16,110 bases of DNA from Selaginella moellendorffii (GCF_000143415.4 NW_003314524.1:1-16110), one strand, 5' to 3'; positions 1 to 11,207 are shown, counted from the first letter of the stretch. The notes: generated by a model not told the origin, from the letters alone. Translations and numbers: made by a program.

Positions 1-3000
1 ACTTGTAGCTCCGGAAAAAAGCTACGCCTACAAACCGAGAACCGGCGGCCCGCATCAGCTGTCATGAGAGCTTTGAGCAGCTCGTTACGCTTTCCACAGA
101 ATGGGACCAATCTGTGAACGTCTCCACAGCCAAGATACACTCTCCAGCTCAAAGCTTGCATAGCGTTCTTCAACGTGACGACGTAGAAGCCTTCTTTTCC
201 GTCGAGAACAACCCTGAGGCTGTACTTCATGTCTTCTGTACTTGAAATTCTTCTGCTGAGCAGCACATTCTCATCGGTGAGGTAGTCTTCCTCGGGAAAC
301 ACCTCCACTTCCATCTGCAAAAGTGAAAAATAAGTATTTTTGCATGGATAAGTTCTTCTTGGGTGAGAAAACAAGGAGCCAACAAAACAACCTGTTCGAC
401 GATTTCATTGCTCAGAAATCCAGGAAGGTTGAGCTCGTCGCGTGCTTCAAACTTGAGAGCTATTTCTTCCCCGCAGCCTCCGGCAATTACTTGTGCTTCA
501 CAAACAAGTTTACAAGCAGCCGCCAGTTCAACTTGAATCTGGAAAGATCCAAAGGTGTTCATAATTATGAATGAAACGTGCTTGGCGTAGTACCTCGAAA
601 GCTAAGCTCATAAGTTGATAGTCCGAGTGCCATGCTCGTCCTTCCCACAATCCAGGAGTCTTTGGCACAGTGAGTCCCCTTAGCTGACACTGTCCCTTGT
701 TGACGACATAGCATATGTCTTTGTCCCAGCTCATTGAGATTGTGCCTCCTATTGCTGTGTCGACGTTACCAGCTTCGTCCACAACATGAACGTTGAGTCC
801 GGTAACTTCCCGTCCAATGTAAGATCTTTTTGGTTGCTGAAAGCAAATACAGTTTCGCTTCTCGAATGAAAAATGGATAGGCATATTGTGCTCACCTCAA
901 ATGCAAATTTCNNNNNNNNNNNNNNNNNNNNNNNNNNNNNNNNNNNNNNNNNNNNNNNNNNNNNNNNNNNNNNNNNNNNNNNNNNNNNNNNNNNNNNNNN
1001 NNNNNNNNNNNNNNNNNNNNNNNNNNNNNNNNNNNNNNNNNNNNNNNNNNNNNNNNNNNNNNNNNNNNNNNNNNNNNNNNNNNNNNNNNNNNNNNNNNNN
1101 NGACTTCTTGCTGTGAGAGGTGTACGCCAGATAGCTGGAGACGCATCCGAGTTCCCTGGCTAACGGAGTTTCCCCATTCATCGAATCCCTGCAGCATTAC
1201 AATCTACATTAATATGGTGCAATGAGAAGAACAGTGCCTACCTTGAACACCATGCACGGGAAGTAACTGTCGGGATCCAGTGGTTGCTTGACGCAAAACA
1301 TCGATCCAGAAGGAGCGAGCTCGAGAGAGCTATTCACAAGCTCCAGTCGTGCAAGCTTGCCAGGATAAACTGCGGAAGAAAAACAGAGCGTCATTGAGGA
1401 AGAAACAACCGAAGCTATCAAGATAACAGCTGATAACCTTGACATCTCCAGTGTCCAAGCTTCTGGTTTCCAACGTAGAAGCATAGACGAGCGTCGTGAG
1501 CCGGCAGTATGCAGCCCCGAACTATGAAGTTCTGTGGAGCAGACATTATAAGCAAACCCGAAAAGAGGTTTGAGACTTACTCCGACATTCATTTTGTCCT
1601 TCTTTTGGGAAAAGCTCACGCTCTCACGTCCAAGCGAAACTGTACTAAGCCTCGTGCTCTCCAATGTCTCGAGAACCATGCACAAATTCGGACAAGGCTG
1701 TGAGAATGGCACCAGATTGTCGTAGGTGTCAAATCCCTGAACAGTAAAGTTCTGCGTTACTAGCTCCTCCAAGCTGTAGAATTTAGAACATAGATAGTAG
1801 TTAATAGCAATAAAAGATAAGCTTACGTACGTAATCCCGGTGCATGCCTTGGTATCAACATGCCATCTGGAAACGAACTCCAAGGATTTGATATTCACCT
1901 CCCAAACTGCTGGCTTAAGGTCCGGATGCCCATCAATCGAGAACTCCACCTTGTACTTCCCAGCCTTGCAAAGATCTGGAAAGATTGTGCCCGCAGCGAA
2001 GGCATAGATTCCCTTGATACCGTTTCTGGCTTCAACCTCCGCGTAGTAGCACCCTTGCATCTTCGTCTCGTCACGATCTTTCGACGAGAAATGCACTTCC
2101 GCCTTCATCCGGTGGGGGTCTGCAACAATCGCCGCTTGCTTGCAACTCGCTCCAGTGCCTTGCTGTGGACGCACCACGACCAGAAACGAGTCGATTTGGA
2201 GCACGTATCCCGCTTCGAACGTGAGGTTACTCCGATGCAGATGTTTCCCCCCAAACACTCGCCTGTCGTCGTTGTTGAGAAGCTCTACGAATGCCGGCAG
2301 CTTTCCCTTCAGCCGATTCTCCTGTGTATGCCACTCACTTGGAGTCATGCGGTGGCACTTCTCCGAATTCAGAACGCTGCAAGGAAACCACCTGCACCTG
2401 TTGAGCTTGAAGCTGCAAATCTGTGCCGTCTCAATCTTGCTCTCTTCTTCCGTAGTCAGTAGCTCCACGGGCCTGCAAACCATCTTCACTTCCCCGTATT
2501 GTTCGTCGATTCCATCGCAGAAGAACCACTCGATGACACCGTAGAAATTTTGCTTGCCTTTGTATAGCTCTTTCTGTAGCTTCACCATATCGCCCGCTCT
2601 CCAGTCCCCACGCGGATCTTTGAGGCACTTGTGAAAACAGAGAACTGAAACAATGTAAAAGTTAGTTTGTCATACGCATGAACGAGATCAACGCAAAAAG
2701 CTTACCTTCTTTTTCGACCTTTAGAAGCCTTTTCAATTCACTTTGGCCAATGACGTATGTGGGATCGTCTCCAAATTCGACCTCCCGGTCAAATTCTTCA
2801 TGCATTCTCTTCGTCCAGTTTGCAAATTCGGCAATGACCTGAGGAGGCTCCAACACCTTGCTTTGAAAGTATATCGTTGTTTTCACGTCTGGAACATTCA
2901 CAAACATTTCAAGAGTGGATACAAACCATATCAAAAGCTCTTACCTGCTGGGACTGTATCCTCTTCCATGCTGCCAAGTTGCTTTAACGCAGTCGTAAAA

Positions 3001-5286
3001 GGATGATCCTCCACAAGTTTCGTCTTGCTTGGGGTTGGATGGAACCCTGCATCCACATCTGGAAATTCGATGTTAAGAAACCACTGCGAGGATAGAATGT
3101 GTATCTCTTGCCTGCAAACACTTTCACCCTCTTTATCCAGCGTAGCACACTCTTTTTAGAAGCTGCATCCATAAACGGCATGCTATTCTGTAGAGATCAA
3201 TGTCAGAAATATGGTAACTGGTATACTAATCTGGTTTACCCATCTTGCATTCGGCAGAAGTCGTCCCAACCATCTCAGTCCCACCCTGGGAAATGTGTCG
3301 AAGTTTTCCTTGAAGTCTTTTCTGCAACTCTTTAGATCTTCAATGACGTCACTCAGCTTTTCCCTTCCCTGAAACAAAGCTCCATTAGAGTCTGAATTTT
3401 TCTGATTAAAAATGGAGTATACCTTGATGCTTGGAAAGTACTGGCATGTCAAACGTGCATGGGCTTCCTCCGAAGACGCTGAGAACAAGAGTGAGAAACG
3501 AGCGATAGAACTAGTTCGGGCTCTTACCAGAAACAAGGCGCAGATCTAGAATAAACGGTTCTCCAGGGGAAGAGTGCTGGTTGCAGCTTGTAATCTCGCC
3601 GCCAAGCTCCTCCAGCAAATTCTCTCCGTTCACCTACAATTAAAACATTCGGAATTTCTGAAGTCAATTATAATCACAGCACCTCAAACTCAACAGGAGT
3701 CATAGTTCCACTCGAGCTCCCAACACCATCGTACTGTAATAAAAAAAGGTGACAGACAATGCACTTTAGTCTCAGTCATATTAGATTTACCTGGATATAC
3801 AGAGAATATATGTCTTTGAGCATTTGCTTCACTTGCTTCAAGACCCAGTACTGCCGTTGTCCTTCGATACACGCAGAAGATTTCAGGTCAGATATCTTCA
3901 CCTGCAACGCAAAACCAAGTCGAGTTTAAACAGTAGTGCGAATCAATCACACACACTTACACAAGTAAAACTTCCGTGAGGTGACTTCTTAGCCTCCTCC
4001 TCAGTCATCAGATGAAAGCCTCCGCGGGTTCTCCAAATCCGACTGCCTCCTCCTGTTTCCATTGCAGCTTTGCTGAATTTGAGGCTGACCACTCGCTTGG
4101 ACTTCCTCGTCTTCGAGCGAACTTCCACAGACCTGAAGATCCGAAGCCAACAACCAGTTTCCAATAAAGAAGAAATGGACGACTTACAAGCCAAGGAAGA
4201 GAGCAGCAGCGACCCCTCCAGCACCGTACTTCCCAAGATAAGGCTACAACCCAAAGTATGATCGAGAGGACCAACGAATATCACACAGATACCTTGAGAA
4301 ATGGAGGATCGCCGCCAATTCCCTGTCGATGAACATTCCGGTGATTGGAAGCTCCCACGGTTCCCCTACTCGCATTCGTGTCAGCCATAGCAAGAAGTAA
4401 TCAAACTACGTACCATTTCTCGATTGAATCTTGAGCCGTGGCATCCATTCCCATTCCCGTATCAAAGATTGTAATGGTATCTTGATCAATCTCCACGCTG
4501 AGGCAAAACCTAGCTCTCGTGAGTATACAAGAACAGAACGAAAGAGAGTTAAAGAATCTACCTGACGAGTCGCCTGAAACCTGGTTGATTCTCCCACACT
4601 GCTTGCAGTGCATTGTCCTGTGAAAAAAAGAAAGAGAGAAAATCTTCCAACACGGAGAAAGGCCGTTTCATCCATACCACATGATCGGCTAGAGCTGTCT
4701 CTAGCGTGTATCCGTCCGGGAGCCTCTCTAGCATTTCAACTTCTGGTGTCACGTTCCACTGCAAAAGAAAAAACGAAACCGATGGAACGAAAAACAAACA
4801 AGATTGCTTACCCAATACCGGTGAACCGTGCGCTTGTTCCCATCCTGGAGACACAAAAAACGCTGAGAAAAGGAACTCGAAAGGGAGTGGAAATGAAGAG
4901 CCACATACCTGGACAAGGATCTTCCTCCGCGCGCCCTCGGAGAAAAGCTTCCCGATATCATCGATTCTTTCGCCACTCTCATCCTCGACCCACATTTCCT
5001 TGCTCCAATCGAGCTTCCGCACCCCATCGGGACCATCTGCAGGCCGCTCTGCAAGATCGTCGAGCAAGGCATCCACATTTTCGTAGGAAGATCTCTTGAT
5101 CTCCACGCCGCTCACAACCTCGCCATTTGGTAGCAGGAAATCTGCCGAAACTATATCCAGCGACACCTGATCCTTGAACTTGAGCTTCTTGCGAGCCGTG
5201 GAGTCGGGATTGAGCGACGGCCTGCGAAAGCCTCGCCTCTTGCGCGGGATCATCGCTGGCGCTTCCATTCTATCGCTGCTCTCCAT
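1..5286 (-). CDS. GMI1: GMI1/SMCHD1-like protein with N-terminal GHKL ATPase; multi-exon, 3' part truncated by the window edge
   Basis: Spliced exons 5286-4909, 4844-4812, 4758-4678, 4617-4562 and following give WNVTPEVEMLERLPDGYTLETALADHV-DNALQAVW (N box), IFDTGMGMD (G1 box), GTVGASNHR..GIGGDPPFLK-PYLGKYGAGG (G2 box), and later GRLLPNARW and VKVFADVDAGFHPTPSKT. These match plant GMI1-type motifs as recalled. Many short GT-AG introns. No SMC hinge was identified within the window, and not all downstream exons were resolved. Confidence 0.82.
912..1101. other. Assembly gap (190 N) inside the GMI1-like gene
   Basis: Run of N characters. Confidence 1.
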
Positions 5287-5689
5287 CTATCAATCCTGTC
5301 GATCCATCGATCATCGCCCTAGAGCATTACGATCGCCTGACACCAAGAAATATCCTCTTCGGCTGAAAGTTATTAGAATCATAAATCGTCGTCTTTCTTC
5401 TACGTATCGGAAATCTCCTCGGTCAAAACAAGAGCGCAACTTATAATACTACTTGAATCCAAGATTGGACTTGAGAAGATTATTTAGACCTCATCACACA
5501 GTGTGGCAGCGCCAGATCATCGCTACTTAGTGTTGCAAGTAATTGATATAGTCTTAAGCTCAAACCACGTGTTTGCATGAATATGGATGTGAGCAAAAAA
5601 GAATTTTTCCTACCCACTGCCGATCGCTCGCCCATGTTCGTTTGCCATGTTCGTTTGCGTGTGATGCACAAACTCTTTCACATCTAGAC

Positions 5690-5696
5690 TATATAA
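5690..5696 (+). promoter_or_regulatory. Putative TATA box of the thaumatin-like gene
   Basis: TATATAA about 40 nt upstream of the ATG at 5734. Confidence 0.5.
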
Positions 5697-5733
5697 GAAA
5701 CTTGAAATAGAGAACGTATCATATATAATTCCA

Positions 5734-6333
5734 ATGGCAAGCTCTAATGCGCTCCTAGCTGCTCTTGTTGCTTTAAGTCTTTGTTTTGCAGCAATCCCAC
5801 TCGCAGCAGCCACTTCCTTCAACGTTGTCAATCGCTGCGGGGGCTCGCTTAATATCATCGTCCGCGAGAACGCCGGAGGCCCCTCGATTGGAACCTCCGG
5901 ATTCACTCTCTCCCCCGGCGCATCTCGCCGACTAAGTCCTCCGAATCGCTGGGCGGGAAACATCGGCACTGGAACTCCCGGCCTCCTGGCCGAGTTCTCG
6001 ATCAACAGCAACAGGAACCTTGATTTCTACGACATCAGCGCCGTGGATGGCTTCTTCATCGGCACTGGGATGAGCATCACTGGATCTGGCAGGGGTCTGA
6101 CTTGCCGAGCGGATGCTGGAACTTGTCCTCCCCAGAACAGGAATGGGAATACTTGCGCCAGTCCCAACAGGAACGATCCAAACTCGCAGTACGCGCGGAA
6201 CGTCCGTGCCTCATGCCCGGATGCTTATAGCTGGTCTGGTGACGACACCAAGACTTTTGCTACTGGAACCGGAGGAACTTTCAGCATTACGTTCTGCCCG
6301 TCATCAATCAATCTCTTTGCAGCAAATAAATGA
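5734..6333 (+). CDS. Secreted thaumatin-like (PR-5 family) protein, short form, intronless, 199 aa
   Basis: Hydrophobic signal peptide, then TSFNVVNRC, GFTLSPG, LAEFS, DFYDISAVDGF, CPDAYSW..DD and FSITFCP, all hallmark thaumatin-family motifs. Confidence 0.92.
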   Translation: MASSNALLAALVALSLCFAAIPLAAATSFNVVNRCGGSLNIIVRENAGGPSIGTSGFTLSPGASRRLSPPNRWAGNIGTGTPGLLAEFSINSNRNLDFYDISAVDGFFIGTGMSITGSGRGLTCRADAGTCPPQNRNGNTCASPNRNDPNSQYARNVRASCPDAYSWSGDDTKTFATGTGGTFSITFCPSSINLFAANK

Positions 6334-6920
6334 ATTCCGGTCTTCTACTTGAGTTGTCTATAGTTATTATATCCATGGCCACCTCCACAACGCGTCCACG
6401 TCGCACGGGGCAAGAATGTACCGCGCGTCATCCACGCGTCCCGCGCGGCCAAGTCCACCATGCACCGAGAATACGGGGTTTGTTTAATTATATGGTATGA
6501 TATTTTATTGTAAGAACCCGGTTGCTGAGATGATGGCTATGCCGAAGGGTCCACTCAACAAGGATTAACAATTTGCTCTTTACCCCTTGTTCTGGTCACA
6601 AGCTCAGAAAAACAGCTTAGACTAGTCATTTAGGACATCGGTCTCCCAAAAAAACGTCAAACCTTGCCAATAGTAATTTAAAATAGAATAAAGTAAACAA
6701 TATTCTTAGCTCTAAGTTTACGAAGTCCAAACACAAAATAAATTCGGGAAGGAAATGCCGGGTCGCTCACACCATTGAAGATGGTAGCGTTGGACGCGCT
6801 CGGTTTTCTCATTATCATTCTCGATAGAGTCACTTTAAGTTGGATATCTGAGATACGGTGCACAAGCTTGATTCTGTGCGATCATCATAAAACCTGCACA
6901 GAAAAATAAAACACAGCGTC

Positions 6921-7025
6921 GGCACACTCCCTTCGCAGGAATTATCCTGATCAGGTCGTGAGGGTCTCATCTCAGCCTACCCTTTCAGAAGAAAGACTCT
7001 TTTCAGGGCAAGCACCCCTGGTGCC
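6921..7025 (-). ncRNA. TPP (thiamine pyrophosphate) riboswitch aptamer in the THI1 3' UTR
   Basis: Minus strand reads GGCACCAGGGGTGCTTGCCCT...AGGGTAGGCTGAGATGAGACCCTCACGACCTGATCAGGATAATTCCTGCGAAGGGAGTGTGCC. It shows P1 (GGCAC/GTGCC), a P3 stem, the CUGAGA motif, the ACCUGA..AGGAUAAUUCCUGCG.AGGGA P4/P5 element, and lies 176 nt after the stop codon of a thiamine-biosynthesis gene on the same strand. Confidence 0.96.
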
Positions 7026-7200
7026 AGATTTCATCAGTTTCAAGAGCTTAAGCTTGCAAACCAAATTACCAAACAAGTAGTAGCAAACAGAAAAATACTT
7101 ACTGAAAAAACAGAAAGTAGCAGCCTTATCCCATGGAGAACCACACGCTCGGAAGATGATTCACTCCACTCGTAAAACCAGAGATTTTTCGAGTGAGTGA

Positions 7201-8527
<1,327 letters not shown>

Positions 8528-8638
8528 CTACGATTGATCCTGGTCTCTACAAAGATTTGTCAATGTTAAACTTCGAGCGAGCATAAGTTGGAGCTCCTGT
8601 CTCGAGACAAATCAAATCACAGACAAAGATCGGGAATT

Positions 8639-9694
8639 TTAGTAGATTGTGCTGGCGAGAGACTTGACCTCTTTGGAGACGTCCGTGTAATCCTCCATGA
8701 AGCCTTGCTTTTCTTCGTCCTCCAGCTTGCCTTTGACAGGATTTAACAGCACCAGCATGCAGCAAGCCGGACGCTTCTGAGCGGCGGCGCCTCCCAAATC
8801 CTGAAAAGATAGAAAAGGAATGAGTACAAAGGTAAAAAAGGATGAGAAACAAAAACGATGCCTCTTTTGAAGGAACGTAGATGTAAGGAATGTCCGACTC
8901 TTCGCAGAGTATTGGCAAGTGTGTGATTACATCGATTGGTGAGATATCTCCTGCGATTACACAGAGCCTGCAAAGTAGAAAGCAGAAAGATGGATCTGGC
9001 ACTGTAAGATTGCAAACTGGAAGCTCTTACCCCTTCTGTCCCCGGCGAACAGCTTTTACGACCTCCTTTACTCCCCTCCTGAGTTGCTTGTTCTGAGCCG
9101 CTGCAAAAACAAAGACCGCAAATCTTGTCACATAAGAGAGTAATACTTGTAAGAAAAGATAACCTCAGACAGCGAATAGCAGCAGCAAGGCGAGAAAAAT
9201 CCCACCTTTCAGCCGGTAATTCCAGAAAAATTAAGTCATCATAGGCCTAAAGACCAAGAGCAGGAAAAAAAACTTAAGAACGAAACACAGGGCCTCAGCC
9301 AGCCTAAAGTCGCAGCACCAAGGCGAAGCAAAACTTCGTCTTTCAGCCGGTAATTCCAGAAAAACGAAACATCATCGGCCAAAAGAACAAAAAAAGAGAG
9401 AGAGAAAAAAAAAGTGGAGAAATAAAGCAGAAAAGCCTCAGCAGCCAAATCGCAGCATCAAGGCGAAGAGATCCTCGCCTTTAAGCCGGTAATTCCAGAA
9501 TCAAAACGATCCAAACATCATCGGCTATTGCACGCATTCATTCTTCCTTCTAGATCCATACCTCTCCGGACGAGCTTGAGCGTCTTCTTACAAAGGCGCT
9601 TGCCCGCTAGTGGCCTGGCGATGATCGACACATGCTGCCGCTTCTTGCGATCCTTTTCCTTGTCTTTCTTGTTGCCCTCGCCGTCACTCACCAT
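8639..9694 (-). CDS. NHP2: H/ACA snoRNP subunit NHP2 (L7Ae family), 4 exons (9694-9562, 9100-9031, 8967-8862, 8800-8639), 156 aa
   Basis: Spliced product contains [77 protein letters not shown] and KRPACCMLV. Exon phases are consistent (133+70+106+162 nt). Confidence 0.93.
9161..9247 (-). ncRNA. Box C/D snoRNA copy C (snR77/SNORD65-like), in NHP2 intron 1
   Basis: Terminal stem GGCC/GGTT, canonical C box ATGATGA, guide CTGGAATTACCG plus D' CTGA, internal hairpin AAGGTGGGA/TCTCGCCTT, D box CTGA; ends about 60 nt before the 3' splice site. Confidence 0.88.
9291..9380 (-). ncRNA. Box C/D snoRNA copy B (snR77/SNORD65-like), in NHP2 intron 1
   Basis: Terminal stem GGCC/GGCC, C box ATGATGT, guide CTGGAATTACCG followed by G and D' CTGA, internal hairpin CGAAG/CTTCG, D box CTGA. 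Confidence 0.86.
9434..9526 (-). ncRNA. Box C/D snoRNA copy A (snR77/SNORD65-like, 18S rRNA 2'-O-methyl-U guide), in NHP2 intron 1
   Basis: Terminal stem AGCC/GGCT, C box ATGATGT, guide CTGGAATTACCG, degenerate D' CTTA, internal hairpin AAGGCGAGGA/TCTTCGCCTT, C'-like TGATGC, D box CTGA. Confidence 0.82.
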
Positions 9695-9703
9695 TGCCAC
9701 ATA

Positions 9704-9748
9704 AAACCCTAGCCCCTAAACCCTAAGCCCTAAATCATGAACCCTAAA
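9704..9748. promoter_or_regulatory. Telo-box cluster (AAACCCTA and variants) directly upstream of the NHP2 ATG
   Basis: AAACCCTA at 9704 and 9718, plus CCCCTAAA, GCCCTAAA and AACCCTAAA variants within 45 nt. Telo-boxes are typical of plant ribosome-biogenesis and snoRNA genes. Confidence 0.75.
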
Positions 9749-11171
9749 CATTCCAAAGAACGATCAAACCGTCAACTTTTCTTATAGTGGAACGTTAGGT
9801 CTCAGTGGTTGAAGCGTCCAAAGTATCTCTCTCCTTTTTTTCTTTCTTTTGACCCATGGTCTTAAATGTCCTGTGCGTGCTTTTGATAACGACCAAGTTT
9901 GAAATGTATGACACTCTTCCATGTTCCTTGTCCTGCAAAGTTTCACGTAGCTCCACACCGAAACACGAAATCTCCAACTTAACCTTTTGCGGCCAAGATC
10001 AAGAGCACTGAACGAAAACAAGTTCTCCCAGCCCAATGCGTGAATCAAAAGCCAACAGCCAGCGAAAAATGCGTGAGTTTTGGCCCCATGATTTTATTTC
10101 AGTCACATCCTTCTCATGAGACTGGCCTCCTGTTTGATCGATGCCAACAAAAGCTTGTGCAAGTGGATTCAACACGGAACATTCCACGGATCCTTCATGA
10201 CAAAGTCAACGTTTGGATCACGCTTCTAATCGCGTGTAAACCTCCAAAAGGCCCCCATGCTCCAGCGTTGAAGAAATCGGGATCGATCGTTCGTAGCTTT
10301 ATTCGATTCAATCACGGAAGTTGAATCCAAACACATGTTGCTAAGAGCCACTGGCCAGCATCTGATCCTACGCAAAATAGAAAATCACTATCCAATTTCT
10401 TCTAGACTTCCAAATGTAGGGGAAGAAAGGTTGCAGGCGCAAAGATATGTTGACCCGGAAAATACTGAATGGTAAAATCTAGGATCGTATTTTAGGGTTT
10501 ATGCGAAACTTCTAAAGTTCCGACGCGAGCTCCCTATGCCCCTAGAAAGCCACAGGACTTGTCGCGATGCCCTTGTCCCAAGATAAACACCGTTTGAATT
10601 TCCCGCCATTTTAAACTAAGGAGTTGAATAATCGGGGGTCTTCGTTTGCCCCAGAGCTTCGTAGTGTTATTTATTCTCGCATTGTCTCGCCGTTCGTCGT
10701 GTTCTTCGTCGCGTCGCCGCCGTCGTGATTCGCGGGACCGCCCTCGTTTGCTGTCGGCCTGGTAAGATGATCGATTGGCGTGGTTTGATCCCGATTTCTC
10801 GCAGATTTTGATGTTCCTTTCGGTTAGGTCTGCTCGTTCTATCGATCGAGGTGCTCTAATCGATCGATCGTGAGTGGCGTGTATGCCGCTACTCCATCAG
10901 CCGCAAAGATCCCGTGGAAATCGTCTTCGTTCCCAAATTTCCGCGCACAGGTGTCGCGTTTCTACAATTCCGTTGTGGGACTGACCGTGGGACTCTCTTA
11001 AAACAGAGAAAAGGAGGGAGGGAGGGACTGACGTCTCGCAACAACCACTGCTGTGAAAATATCCTTTGTGTCCGGGAGCGCTTTAAAGCACTGGGCAGGA
11101 AGAGCGCTTTGGATGGATGGCTGCTGGCTGGGCCGAGGATTTGTGGCAAACTTTTAAGCTCCGAATTTATC

Positions 11172-11174
<3 letters not shown>

Positions 11175-11207
<33 letters not shown>
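11175..11207. repeat. (CT)16 microsatellite
   Basis: Directly visible dinucleotide run. Confidence 0.97.

Noticed and set aside
873-1197. ORFs spanning the N run
   Set aside because: Artifacts of translating an assembly gap.
1509-5446. Plus-strand ORFs overlapping the GMI1-like gene
   Set aside because: Antisense shadows of real minus-strand exons; mostly non-ATG starts and no family motifs.
9161-9526. Three direct repeats with spacers read as a CRISPR array or as rRNA fragments
   Set aside because: Eukaryotic intron context, no cas genes; C/D boxes and terminal stems explain the repeats, and the rRNA match is only the 12-nt guide.
9704-9748. Telomere or interstitial telomeric remnant
   Set aside because: Few degenerate units directly upstream of a ribosome-biogenesis gene fit promoter telo-boxes better.
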